DNA of 47,379 nucleotides from a virus (IMGVR_UViG_3300019996_000008:1-47379); one strand, 5' to 3'; counted from the stretch's first letter, positions 19,022 through 28,149 are shown. Numbers and translations are program-made. The notes: generated by a model not told the origin, from the sequence alone.

Positions 19022-19572
19022 AAAAATGGGCATTCATATTATTATTTGGACTTGTAGCCTGTAATGTAGAAAATAGACAAAAGAATAAGGCACAACTTTA
19101 TCTTTTTAAACATCCTGAATTTTCTGCCGGCTATTGCGCTGAACAATTTCCTGATAAACCGGATTCCGTAATAGTAAAAACCGATACCGTAACTGAGATT
19201 CAGTTTATGGATTCGATAATATACGACACAATCGGAAATCATTTAATAAGATTAGGCGTAGATACAAATGGAGCTACTTCATGGGTAAGGAGTGTGCCAA
19301 CTAGGGTTATAACCAAAAAAATAACTGTTTATAAAGATTCAATCATTTACAGGGAAAACCGAGCAGAGCAAGAACGATTACAAATTGCTCTGCTTTCTGC
19401 TAACAAAAACATTACAGACTTAATTGCAAAAAATACAGTTTTAGAACAAGATAGAAACGATTGGAAGGGCAAAGCAAGAAAAAGAGGCTGGATGTTTTTG
19501 GGTTTAATATTCTTAGTTGTAGGTGCTGTTGGAATGAGACTGTACTTAAAAAGTAAATCAATTATAAAATGA
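19018..19572 (+). CDS. Putative unimolecular spanin (N-terminal lipoprotein, C-terminal TM)
   Basis: Lipobox LVA-C, beta-rich then coiled-coil region, C-terminal TM followed by basic residues. Confidence 0.6.
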   Translation: MKKWAFILLFGLVACNVENRQKNKAQLYLFKHPEFSAGYCAEQFPDKPDSVIVKTDTVTEIQFMDSIIYDTIGNHLIRLGVDTNGATSWVRSVPTRVITKKITVYKDSIIYRENRAEQERLQIALLSANKNITDLIAKNTVLEQDRNDWKGKARKRGWMFLGLIFLVVGAVGMRLYLKSKSIIK

Positions 19573-20459
19573 AAAAACTATTTCTTCCAATTCTAATATC
19601 AGTAACCATGATCGGTTGTGATTTTAGTGGTCAGCCAAAAGATGACCGTGTACCAAGAGAAGATACTACGGTTACGCCAATAGATACTACAATAATTGAA
19701 GACGGAGTTGCGCCAGTAGCATCAAACGTAACTGCTAAGGCTAAACCACAAAAGAAAGAAAAAATAACTTGTTCATTCGGGTTTAAAAAACTGAACAACA
19801 GGAAACGACCAATTGAAGAAGCTCCTGGTGGGAAGAAAGGTAAACCTGTTAAACCCGGAACCGAGCCACCCCTACCGCCTCAGCCTCCTACAATTTCAAA
19901 CAACGTTATTTATATAAATTATTTCGGGAAAGATATTCCTCCTACTATGTGGAGTATAACACCATTTACTGTTGGTGATGCGGGATTAGCGCAGCCTGAA
20001 ATCGACTACATAACAACAGCAGTAGCGGCACATTTCCCAGAGTACAATATAAGGATTACACAAGACAAAGCTATTTTTGATGCTGCTCCTATTGGTCACA
20101 GAATCGAAGTAGTAGTTACAGAAGATTACCAATGGTACGGAAGTGCAGGAGGAGTTGCTTACTTAAATTCTTTCACTTGGTCGGACGGATCACCCGCTTT
20201 TGTTTTTTCAACATTGTTAAGTTATAATTCACATTATATCGCTGAAGCTATTGCACATGAAGCGGGACATACACTTGGGTTAAGACATCAGTCAGAATGT
20301 GTTAACGGAGTAAAAACCGTTGAATATTCTTACGGGTGGACTATGGGGAATAGTTATAGCTCATATCCTCAAGGTAGTTGGAATCCAAACGGTACAAATC
20401 CTTTTTGTGCAACACAGGATGATAATGCTTTATTAACAGCAGCAGTCGGGAGGAAATAA
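19569..20459 (+). CDS. Lipoprotein zinc metalloprotease (metzincin type)
   Basis: Lipobox MIG-C; HEAGHTLGLRH (HExxHxxGxxH) and a downstream Met-turn candidate WTMG. Confidence 0.8.
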   Translation: MKKLFLPILISVTMIGCDFSGQPKDDRVPREDTTVTPIDTTIIEDGVAPVASNVTAKAKPQKKEKITCSFGFKKLNNRKRPIEEAPGGKKGKPVKPGTEPPLPPQPPTISNNVIYINYFGKDIPPTMWSITPFTVGDAGLAQPEIDYITTAVAAHFPEYNIRITQDKAIFDAAPIGHRIEVVVTEDYQWYGSAGGVAYLNSFTWSDGSPAFVFSTLLSYNSHYIAEAIAHEAGHTLGLRHQSECVNGVKTVEYSYGWTMGNSYSSYPQGSWNPNGTNPFCATQDDNALLTAAVGRK

Positions 20460-20460
20460 T

Positions 20461-20652
20461 ATGAAATCAGGAGATTGGGTTTTAATAATGTTGGCCTTTT
20501 GCGTAACCTTTTCAATACTGATAACGGTTATTGGAATTGTAGTAAAAGGAAAAGAGGCGAATGAAAGTTCAATGGTTGTTAGAACGGCTTTGATTGATCT
20601 TCTTAAAGTAATTGTCGGTGGTGTAATCGGTGCAATATCTTCACATTTATAG
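20461..20652 (+). CDS. Small two-TM membrane protein (holin-like)
   Basis: 63 aa, two hydrophobic segments. Confidence 0.5.
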   Translation: MKSGDWVLIMLAFCVTFSILITVIGIVVKGKEANESSMVVRTALIDLLKVIVGGVIGAISSHL

Positions 20653-20666
20653 TTATCTTTATAGCA

Positions 20667-21359
20667 ATGAAATCTTCTGCTATATATAAGATATTTTCAA
20701 TCACTAATCCTTCTAAATTTTATATTGGTAGTGCTATTAATTTCAATAAAAGAAAGCTATCTCACTTGAATGGACTAAGACGGCAAAAGCATCCAAATAA
20801 AAAACTTCAAAATCATTTCAATAAATACGGGGAAAGCGATTTGGCATTTGAGATAATAGAGTTAGTTAATGACAAGGATATAATTTTAAAAAGAGAACAA
20901 GTTTATATTGATTGTCTTAATCCGGCATTCAATATTTGCACTTCTGCAACTTCCCCTAATATCGGTAGGAAACATTCTGAAGAGACAAAGCAGAAAATGA
21001 AGGCTGACAGAAAGGGATTAAACTTAGGTGTAAAATTTTCTCAGCAGCATAGGCAAAATATGTCTGCTGCAAAAAAGGGTACAAAGCCAAGTCTTGGTAG
21101 GGTTTTATCTGAAGAAACAAAAAACAAAATAAGGCAATCGGTTATTGCACTAAACAGAAAGGGTATAAAGCAATCTGATGAAGAAATTTTAAATAGACTA
21201 AAGAATAAAATGGTAACGGTTGTAAATCTTAGAAGTGGTATTATATACAGATCAATAACAGATGCCGCAAACAAGGAGAATATAAACAGAAATACTCTTT
21301 ATGGTTGGCTCTATGACGAAAGAAGAAATAAAACTGACTTAAAATTACATGAACAATGA
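20667..21359 (+). CDS. Free-standing GIY-YIG homing endonuclease with NUMOD3-like repeats
   Basis: AIYKI..FYIGSA..R..H; H.N..LQ; repeated HSEETKQKM / LSEETKNKI. Confidence 0.9.
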   Translation: MKSSAIYKIFSITNPSKFYIGSAINFNKRKLSHLNGLRRQKHPNKKLQNHFNKYGESDLAFEIIELVNDKDIILKREQVYIDCLNPAFNICTSATSPNIGRKHSEETKQKMKADRKGLNLGVKFSQQHRQNMSAAKKGTKPSLGRVLSEETKNKIRQSVIALNRKGIKQSDEEILNRLKNKMVTVVNLRSGIIYRSITDAANKENINRNTLYGWLYDERRNKTDLKLHEQ

Positions 21360-21925
21360 TTACAGAAAAAGCGTATACCGACTCGGCAAACTTACTAGGT
21401 GTTGAACCTGCTATTATAAAGGCTGTGGCAGATGTAGAATCAAAAGGTAGCGGGTTCTTGGGAAGTGGCCATCCCCTCGTATTGTTCGAGCCGCACGTCT
21501 TTTGGGCAGAACTTAAAAAGCGTAGAATTGACCCTACAAAGATCGCAGGGGCTTCAGATATTCTTTATAAGGATTGGGGAAGTAAACCATACGGTAAAAA
21601 TTCGGCTCAGCCTGAACGATTAGAAAGGGCAATAAAGATAAACAAGGATGCTGCGTTAAGTTCTGCAAGTTGGGGAAAGTTCCAAATCATGGGGTTTAAT
21701 TACGAATTATCTGGTTTTGCCACTTTAGATGCTTTTGTTGCAGCCATGCACATTGACGAGGATCAGCATTTACACGCATTTGTAAATTTCGTTAAGAATA
21801 AGAACTTGGTTGATGAACTTCAAAGAAAAGATTGGGCGGGTTTTGCTCTTGGATACAACGGATCAGGGTATAAGCAGAATAAGTATGACGAGAAGCTGGC
21901 GGCTGCTTATAAGAAGTTTTCCTGA
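21356..21925 (+). CDS. Endolysin, N-acetylmuramidase (DUF3380-like)
   Basis: AVADVES.G.GF, LFEPHVF, SASWGKFQIMGFN, W..FA..YNG motifs. Confidence 0.9.
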   Translation: MITEKAYTDSANLLGVEPAIIKAVADVESKGSGFLGSGHPLVLFEPHVFWAELKKRRIDPTKIAGASDILYKDWGSKPYGKNSAQPERLERAIKINKDAALSSASWGKFQIMGFNYELSGFATLDAFVAAMHIDEDQHLHAFVNFVKNKNLVDELQRKDWAGFALGYNGSGYKQNKYDEKLAAAYKKFS

Positions 21926-21948
21926 TCATGTGTTCCTCCGTTGGGGTT

Positions 21949-22374
21949 TTATAGATTGTTTTCGGTTTTGAATTTAAGCCATGTTACCGGACTTATAGTT
22001 GTTAATTCCGTGTGCATTTTTTCAATCAACCCTTTCAGCCTTTCATTCTCTGCTTTTAGTTCCTCTATTTGTTTTGATAATTCACGGACATCATCAGAAT
22101 GGTGGGTTTCTTCTTCTACCAACTCCTTCTCTTTCTCTGTGCATTGAGATTGAAGGGCGGTGATTAATTCATTGCCTTTTTTATAATATTCGTCTATTTT
22201 CATTTTCAGGGCAGCATTCTCCTTTTCCAATTCTTCCCGCCCATCGGTTGCAAGTTGGTAGCCGTATCCAGCACCTCTTTCAAAATCAGCCATATCATCA
22301 ATGTAGCTATTATCGTACTGTTCTTTTGATTTGTTGAGAATCGCTTCCTGAATGCGTTGAGGTATAGTTGACAT
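21949..22374 (-). CDS. Hypothetical coiled-coil protein
   Basis: Last gene of the leftward operon. Confidence 0.65.
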   Translation of the reverse strand: MSTIPQRIQEAILNKSKEQYDNSYIDDMADFERGAGYGYQLATDGREELEKENAALKMKIDEYYKKGNELITALQSQCTEKEKELVEEETHHSDDVRELSKQIEELKAENERLKGLIEKMHTELTTISPVTWLKFKTENNL

Positions 22375-22379
22375 TGTTT

Positions 22380-22619
22380 TTATTTTTGGTTTGTGTTTCT
22401 AACTTTCATTTCAACCGAAACAATTAATTCGCCATCAACATTATTTGCTCCTTTAAAAAGGAATAGTTTAAAATTCTCGTTCTTATTGAAGCTATCTTGA
22501 AAAACGGTTGCGGCAAAAAATGCCCATAATTCTTCTCTACCTTCTTTTTCTGTTTCGGCTCTTGAAAGCGGTTGAAAAATATCTTTTTCTTCCTGTTTGT
22601 AAATCACATATACACTCAT
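22380..22619 (-). CDS. Hypothetical protein
   Basis: A-rich start context; leftward operon. Confidence 0.6.
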   Translation of the reverse strand: MSVYVIYKQEEKDIFQPLSRAETEKEGREELWAFFAATVFQDSFNKNENFKLFLFKGANNVDGELIVSVEMKVRNTNQK

Positions 22620-22656
22620 ATATTTATTTTTTAAATTGGTTTATTTGGTAGTGGCA

Positions 22657-22911
22657 TCAACGATCTATACAAGATTGTAAATACCTAATTTCATTTTCAG
22701 CTTCTTTCAGTTGTTCTTGTAACTACCCTATTTCATTAACGGCTTGGTCATATTCTTCTTTCCAGTTAAACCCTTCCGTCCATCCCTGCCTATTGAGGGA
22801 GGCGGCATAACGGATCATAGCGGGTTTTATTAATTGCTCCCATAATTGAAATCTGCCGGGATCTGAATCGAAAGTCCAGTTCATTTCTAAAATAACTTCT
22901 TCTGGTGTCAT
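22657..22911 (-). pseudogene. Small gene interrupted by an in-frame TAG at 22723-22725
   Basis: Reads ..AVNEIG*LQEQLKEAENEIRYLQSCIDR; an internal repeat spans the stop. Confidence 0.5.
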
Positions 22912-22920
22912 TTGTTTATT

Positions 22921-22952
22921 TTAAAAAGGGGATCGGCCAAACCAAATCCCCT
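22921..22952 (-). terminator. Intrinsic terminator in leftward operon
   Basis: Minus strand AGGGGAT..ATCCCCT followed by TTTT. Confidence 0.7.
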
Positions 22953-22956
22953 GCTA

Positions 22957-23256
22957 CTAAATATCTAACTGTGATTCAAAATACTGATTGATCTTATCAT
23001 CCTCATCCTGTCTGTCACGTTCTTGCTGCTCTTCATGTGCCAGAACGAATAAAGCCCGTCCGTAGTCAACTCCTGGTCGGATCTCCGATTTCTTAGCATT
23101 ACTCTGATCAATGATTGACTTAGCAGATTCTAACGACCAGCACTGAGGGAAGTTTATACGCTTGCCATTCTTGAAGATATTGAACGTACTGTCTATAACA
23201 AACCCGTTATATTCTAAGTCGGACATTAGGCCGTATTCGGATGGGCGAGGTTGCAT
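22957..23256 (-). CDS. Hypothetical protein
   Basis: Leftward operon ORF. Confidence 0.6.
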   Translation of the reverse strand: MQPRPSEYGLMSDLEYNGFVIDSTFNIFKNGKRINFPQCWSLESAKSIIDQSNAKKSEIRPGVDYGRALFVLAHEEQQERDRQDEDDKINQYFESQLDI

Positions 23257-23258
23257 GG

Positions 23259-23486
23259 TTAAGATTGTTTAAGAGTATTTAATTCGTCTGTTAACTTTTT
23301 AATCATTCTATGATGATAGTCTATATTACCAGCAAGTGAGCTGCGTTCAAATACGCTTTTACTTCTATCCATTTGCATTTGAAATATTAGAATCATTTTT
23401 TCATGGGCTTCAATTCCCTTTTCTCTATTTTGTATTTGCCATTCATTTTCAGTCATCTTAATTAATATTGAAAAGAGTATCTTCAA
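23259..23486 (-). CDS. Hypothetical protein (start may be ATG 23456)
   Basis: Leftward operon ORF. Confidence 0.55.
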   Translation of the reverse strand: MKILFSILIKMTENEWQIQNREKGIEAHEKMILIFQMQMDRSKSVFERSSLAGNIDYHHRMIKKLTDELNTLKQS

Positions 23487-23679
23487 AAACAGAATTACCG
23501 CCGATTGTAAACATTACTACATAATCACCGAAATGTTTAACTACTTCATAGCCAGTTATCGGTTGAGCAGACTCAAAAGTCTTATTACCGTTATCAGAGA
23601 TCATTGTAAGGATTCTTGATTGTGCAGTTTTGCCAATCATTGACTTTACGAAGTTGTGGCTCATTTGTAAAGTTGTCAT
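23458..23679 (-). CDS. Hypothetical protein, first gene of leftward operon
   Basis: A-rich leader AAAGCAAAACAAAATG downstream of a -7-like box. Confidence 0.6.
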   Translation of the reverse strand: MTTLQMSHNFVKSMIGKTAQSRILTMISDNGNKTFESAQPITGYEVVKHFGDYVVMFTIGGNSVFEDTLFNIN

Positions 23680-23694
23680 TTTGTTTTGCTTTTG

Positions 23695-23809
23695 TTATGT
23701 AAATATAACACTCTTTTTGATATTTACTACTTTTTAGTAAAAAAAAAATATTTATTAACATTTTGTAGAAATTTGTAGTATTTATCAAATAAGCTATTAT
23801 ATTTGCAAT
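23695..23809. promoter_or_regulatory. Divergent promoter region
   Basis: Plus strand TTTG (23772) and TATATTTG (23798-23805); minus strand TATATTTAC at ~23700-23708. Confidence 0.65.
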
Positions 23810-23977
23810 ATGAAAGTAAAAACTAAAATTAAAAAAGACTCAGGAGTTTCAATAAAAATTGACTCTGAAGTATGCGGTAAGCTAAGAGTTTATTGCACTG
23901 AGAAAGGTCTGAAAATAGGCCGATTTGCTACTAGGGCAATCGAAAAGGAATTAGCTATTCTTAACATACAATCATAA
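23810..23977 (+). CDS. Ribbon-helix-helix-like regulator (55 aa, missing from ORF track)
   Basis: MKVKTKIKKDSGVSIKIDSEVCGKLRVYCTEKGLKIGRFATRAIEKELAILNIQS: strand SIKID, helix, G, helix. Confidence 0.7.
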   Translation: MKVKTKIKKDSGVSIKIDSEVCGKLRVYCTEKGLKIGRFATRAIEKELAILNIQS

Positions 23978-23981
23978 AGCA

Positions 23982-24188
23982 ATGAACGTTCAACTTAATA
24001 ATGTGAACCCCGACCAACTTCAGGGGTTAAGAAACAACTTCGAAAGTAATCTGGTAATTACGGAAAGCGAAGATCAGGGTAAATTCAATGTCTCTTTTGA
24101 TTTGAATAACGAAATTGACCTGTGGAAGTTGTTTTTTTCTGGAAGCGATTACTGTCTTGCTAAATTTGGTAAACACGTAACATCATGA
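23982..24188 (+). CDS. Hypothetical protein
   Basis: Follows the RHH gene by 4 nt. Confidence 0.6.
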   Translation: MNVQLNNVNPDQLQGLRNNFESNLVITESEDQGKFNVSFDLNNEIDLWKLFFSGSDYCLAKFGKHVTS

Positions 24189-24316
24189 TATATCTTTTTT
24201 TATTATCCATAATCATAAACATTTTATTATGTTCATGGATCGCTATAATTACGACGAAACAATCACGGATAGAATCAGACTATGACGATACAGAAGGGCC
24301 ATTCTACAACAATTAA
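24185..24316 (+). CDS. Small membrane peptide (43 aa, missing from ORF track)
   Basis: ATGA overlap; MIYLFLLSIIINILLCSWIAII followed by an acidic tail. Confidence 0.5.
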   Translation: MIYLFLLSIIINILLCSWIAIITTKQSRIESDYDDTEGPFYNN

Positions 24317-24338
24317 TTAACTTAAAACCGTAAACAAA

Positions 24339-25040
24339 ATGTCACACGAAATTGTTAGAATTGAAAAGATCCAAACGGGTGAAATAATGTCAATCGCTAA
24401 AGCGTTCTATGAATCAGGAATGTTTACTGATATTAAATCAGCAGCACAAGCAGTAGTAAAGATTCAGGCAGGGCAAGAAATAGGCATACCTCCTTTTGCT
24501 TCAATGTCAGGTATTCATATCATACAGGGTAAACCAACTATCGGAGCTGGACTTATCGCATCCAGAATAAAAGGATCAGGTAAGTATGATTACCAAGTAA
24601 ACGAACAGACAGAAAAGATATGTAGCATTGACTTTTATCAGGGTAAAAAGATGATTGGTAATTCTACATTTACTATTGAAGATGCAAAGAAAGCTGGAAC
24701 TAAAAACATTGATAAGTTCCCCCGCAATATGTTGTTTGCTCGTGCAATCAGTAACGGCGTTAAGTGGTACACTCCTGATGTTTTCGCTGGCCCTGTTTAC
24801 ACTCCTGAAGAGTTTGACGTAGTACCAAAGACTGAAGATGTACCACACGAAAACGTAATGCCAACAGATAATAAGGCAGATGATTATTATCCCACTTGGC
24901 AGAAAGAAGTCGATTCAATGGACACAGCAACCAAACTACGCCAACTGTACGACGTTCACGCAGCAACCGTCTCTGAAGATGAGAAACTAAAAGCAATGTT
25001 CAAAACTAAACAGGGAACTTTTAAAACTCAAGCAGTATGA
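24339..25040 (+). CDS. RecT/Red-beta-like single-strand annealing protein
   Basis: GQEIGIPP.ASM.GIHIIQGKP, FTIEDAKKAG, PRNMLFARA, VYTPEE motifs. Confidence 0.75.
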   Translation: MSHEIVRIEKIQTGEIMSIAKAFYESGMFTDIKSAAQAVVKIQAGQEIGIPPFASMSGIHIIQGKPTIGAGLIASRIKGSGKYDYQVNEQTEKICSIDFYQGKKMIGNSTFTIEDAKKAGTKNIDKFPRNMLFARAISNGVKWYTPDVFAGPVYTPEEFDVVPKTEDVPHENVMPTDNKADDYYPTWQKEVDSMDTATKLRQLYDVHAATVSEDEKLKAMFKTKQGTFKTQAV

Positions 25041-25393
25041 AACCAACCGACATCTTTATAGCTAACTATTTCGCACTTCCAGGTTTAAAGTTTGATGTTA
25101 AGTTTTTCGGGACTAAAAGCGTAACTAAGATCATAAATACAGTATCGCAGTTCTTAGATATTGATATTTCTTTGATGAAAAAGAAAACAAGGAAGCGTGA
25201 GATCGTGGAAGCAAGACAGATAGCAATGTTTTTTATGCGGAAGCACACAAGGGAAACATTAAAATACATCGGAACTGTATTCGGAGGTCGTGATCATACT
25301 ACAGCTTACCATGCTTGGAAAACTGTAAATGACCTTTGCTTCTCTGACGAACAATACAAACAACGTTTACTTCAAATTGAAAATTTATTATGA
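25037..25393 (+). CDS. Stand-alone DnaA C-terminal HTH domain protein
   Basis: RKREIVEARQIAM..IG..FGGRDHTT matches DnaA domain IV. Confidence 0.85.
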   Translation: MKPTDIFIANYFALPGLKFDVKFFGTKSVTKIINTVSQFLDIDISLMKKKTRKREIVEARQIAMFFMRKHTRETLKYIGTVFGGRDHTTAYHAWKTVNDLCFSDEQYKQRLLQIENLL

Positions 25394-26865
25394 TGCTTAA
25401 ACAGATACAGATTTTTGACGAAATAGAAATAGAGCCAGAAACTATTATTGAAGATAAGCCTTCAAAGAAGAAACATAAATTCTGGCAACCATTACCGACT
25501 GATGTAATAGAATTTATTCACCTACCTACTGTAATCGGATCGGGCTACGAAGAACAAGTTGCAAAACTTGCTGTTGAGGATGGTGTTGCATATCGTGCAG
25601 CCCGTAAGAATATGCAAATACATTCTGCCATTGTTCTAAAAATTAATAACGAGTTTTCAGGTTTCTTTACTTTCCAGGTCAATCATGTTGTAAAAGAATT
25701 TTGTTTGCTTCAATCAGCAATGGCATTAGGCAAAGAGAATAAAGAAATTTATAGCCAAATGGTAAATGAGATCATTAAGCAAAACGTTGACGGCTACCCA
25801 ATGATAATGACCGTAAGCACAAAACACATACTGGAAAACCCAAAAGTGTTTGAAGCGATCGGGTTTAAAATATATCTAATGTTAAGCGGTTACGCTTATA
25901 TGGTGTACGGGACTTTGGAACAAGTGCGAATGAAACGTCTTTGCCACGCAACAATGACAAACGCATGGACTACTACACGGGCTGACTGGTTGAGGATGAA
26001 AAAAGAATGGAATGAAAAAATAGAAGCCGCCGGGTTAAAACACGGAATTGAAAATCCAAAATTTGCATCTCGTGATGGGTGCTGGCAGGGAGCAAACGGT
26101 ATGTCTAATATTGTATTGGCAAATCACACAGTTGAAAATGGCGAAGTAAAACACAACAAAGGAAAGTCATTTAACGGCAATGCTTCTGTTCTCGACCCTG
26201 TTGCCTGTGAAGTTATTTTGAGATTGTTTATGCCGACAAGCGGTGTAAGAGTTTATAATCCTTTCGGTGGTGGTGTTCAAATGGGGTTTGTATGTGGTGA
26301 TAATAATTACGAATACACCGCAACAGAAATAAGGCAAAACCAATGTGACGCAAACAATGCAATCTGCCAGGATTTCGTAAACGTAAAATGGATAAAAGCA
26401 GATAGTTCTAAATTCGTGCCGAAGCAGAAATATGATCTTATGTTTTCGTGTCCTCCTTACTACCAAGTAGAAGAATATTTGGATTACGATGGTGTTATAC
26501 CAGAGGGTGAACTTAATAACCTACCAACATACGAAGAGTTTAGAGATACATTGTTTGAAGGCTACGCCAATAGCTTAAAGATGTTGAATGATAATTGCTT
26601 CTTTGTAATTATGACAGGTGATAGCCGGGATAAAAACGGGGCTTACTATGGCTGTGAAGCAGAACATGAATTATTTTTTAAGTCACAGGGTTTGCATATT
26701 TATAACAAGATCATTTATCTTGAATCTGAGTTTACCAGGTTAGCTCATGCTAAAGTAACCTTGAATTACAGGAAGTTCCCCAAGACAGAGCAAAAGATAC
26801 TGGTATTCTACAAAGGTGATATTTCTAAGATTAAAGATTTATACCCGCCAATAGGTAGACTGTGA
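25390..26865 (+). CDS. DNA amino-methyltransferase with N-terminal GNAT-like domain
   Basis: SVLDPVACE, motif I NPFGGG, motif IV SCPPY; N-terminal beta-strands and KVFEAIGF suggest a GNAT fold. Confidence 0.75.
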   Translation: MMLKQIQIFDEIEIEPETIIEDKPSKKKHKFWQPLPTDVIEFIHLPTVIGSGYEEQVAKLAVEDGVAYRAARKNMQIHSAIVLKINNEFSGFFTFQVNHVVKEFCLLQSAMALGKENKEIYSQMVNEIIKQNVDGYPMIMTVSTKHILENPKVFEAIGFKIYLMLSGYAYMVYGTLEQVRMKRLCHATMTNAWTTTRADWLRMKKEWNEKIEAAGLKHGIENPKFASRDGCWQGANGMSNIVLANHTVENGEVKHNKGKSFNGNASVLDPVACEVILRLFMPTSGVRVYNPFGGGVQMGFVCGDNNYEYTATEIRQNQCDANNAICQDFVNVKWIKADSSKFVPKQKYDLMFSCPPYYQVEEYLDYDGVIPEGELNNLPTYEEFRDTLFEGYANSLKMLNDNCFFVIMTGDSRDKNGAYYGCEAEHELFFKSQGLHIYNKIIYLESEFTRLAHAKVTLNYRKFPKTEQKILVFYKGDISKIKDLYPPIGRL

Positions 26866-27683
26866 AACCTTACAGTAATAAAATATCATTAGTTCAGAAT
26901 GGCAGAGGCGTTTACTGCATTGATACCACAATGGGTTGCGCTTCGGGGTTGGCTGCAAACGAAGGCGGCTGTTACAACGATTGTTATGCAGCCATAACAG
27001 CTAAACGGTACGGGCATGATTTCAGCATAACAGTATTGAGATTGTTTGAAAGCGAAAAACATAAACGTGATATATTATCTCAGATAACTAAAATTAAAAT
27101 GCCGTTCATTCGTATTGGGGCAAGTGGTGATCCTTCGGAAAATTGGGAACATACTTTTGATATTCTTAAAACGTTATCCAAGTGCAATACTGAAATAATA
27201 ATCATAACAAGGCATTGGACTTTATTAAACGATGAGCAATTACAGTTGATGTCACGGATGAATATTTGTATTAATACTTCTGTTTCCGCATTGGATAGTT
27301 ACGAAATGTTAGAACGATCACTTGACCAATATAATAGAATTAAGCCTTACTGTAAATCGGTGTTGAGAATTATTTCCTGTGACTTCAATCTTAGTAATCC
27401 AATTGGAAAACAGCTTGCAGAAATTCAGCACAACTTATTTAAAAACGATTCAACACTTGACACGGTGTTCAGACCAAGTAAAAGCAATAAATTTATCACT
27501 GATGGTATCATTAACGTGAAAGAAGAAGTTTTTAACGGTAAGAAACAATTAGCAAGTAAGTTCAATCGTAAGACGTACATGGGTAAGTGTTCAACTTGTA
27601 AAGAAATGTGCGGGGTGAATATTAAGAGCGAGATCAGTTACCCGAATAAAAGACCTTTAACAAAACAACTATCCCTTATATGA
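26862..27683 (+). CDS. Radical-SAM-like Fe-S protein
   Basis: GC-x10-C-x3-CYA, RIGASGDP, C-terminal CxxCxxxC; GTGA overlap with the methyltransferase. Confidence 0.65.
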   Translation: MKPYSNKISLVQNGRGVYCIDTTMGCASGLAANEGGCYNDCYAAITAKRYGHDFSITVLRLFESEKHKRDILSQITKIKMPFIRIGASGDPSENWEHTFDILKTLSKCNTEIIIITRHWTLLNDEQLQLMSRMNICINTSVSALDSYEMLERSLDQYNRIKPYCKSVLRIISCDFNLSNPIGKQLAEIQHNLFKNDSTLDTVFRPSKSNKFITDGIINVKEEVFNGKKQLASKFNRKTYMGKCSTCKEMCGVNIKSEISYPNKRPLTKQLSLI

Positions 27684-28144
27684 ACTATAAACAACGCTAC
27701 TCCGAAGCCCACAAACTTTATTACGACACCAACTTCCCAACCGTAGTTAAGGACGGGTTTTATACGCCTCCTGTCATGCCAGATGTGGTTACAACAAACG
27801 GATTAACTAAGTATTGCCAAAATATGATAACCTGGTTAGGCGGCAGATCAAAACGGGTGAATGTGGTTGTAAGGGCATCTGATAAAATCACTACTGAAGT
27901 ATCGGGTAATAAATTCACAGATAAGCGTTATACAAGATCGGTAAAAAAGAACACGGCAGATTTATTAAATGTTTTACGAGGCACTTCTATTGATATTGAA
28001 ATTAAGAATAAACATACTGGAGATTACATGAAGCCTGGTCAGTGGGAAGAAAAGGCAAACGCTGAACGTGCTGGCGGTAAATATTGGATCGTCACTTGTG
28101 TTGAAGATTTTTTATTTGAGTTGGATGGGTTTTTGTATGGGTAA
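27680..28144 (+). CDS. VRR-NUC/PD-(D/E)XK nuclease (resolvase-like)
   Basis: ADL..IEIK..Q..AGG.Y.IV..VEDF. Confidence 0.7.
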   Translation: MNYKQRYSEAHKLYYDTNFPTVVKDGFYTPPVMPDVVTTNGLTKYCQNMITWLGGRSKRVNVVVRASDKITTEVSGNKFTDKRYTRSVKKNTADLLNVLRGTSIDIEIKNKHTGDYMKPGQWEEKANAERAGGKYWIVTCVEDFLFELDGFLYG

Positions 28145-28149
28145 TGACT

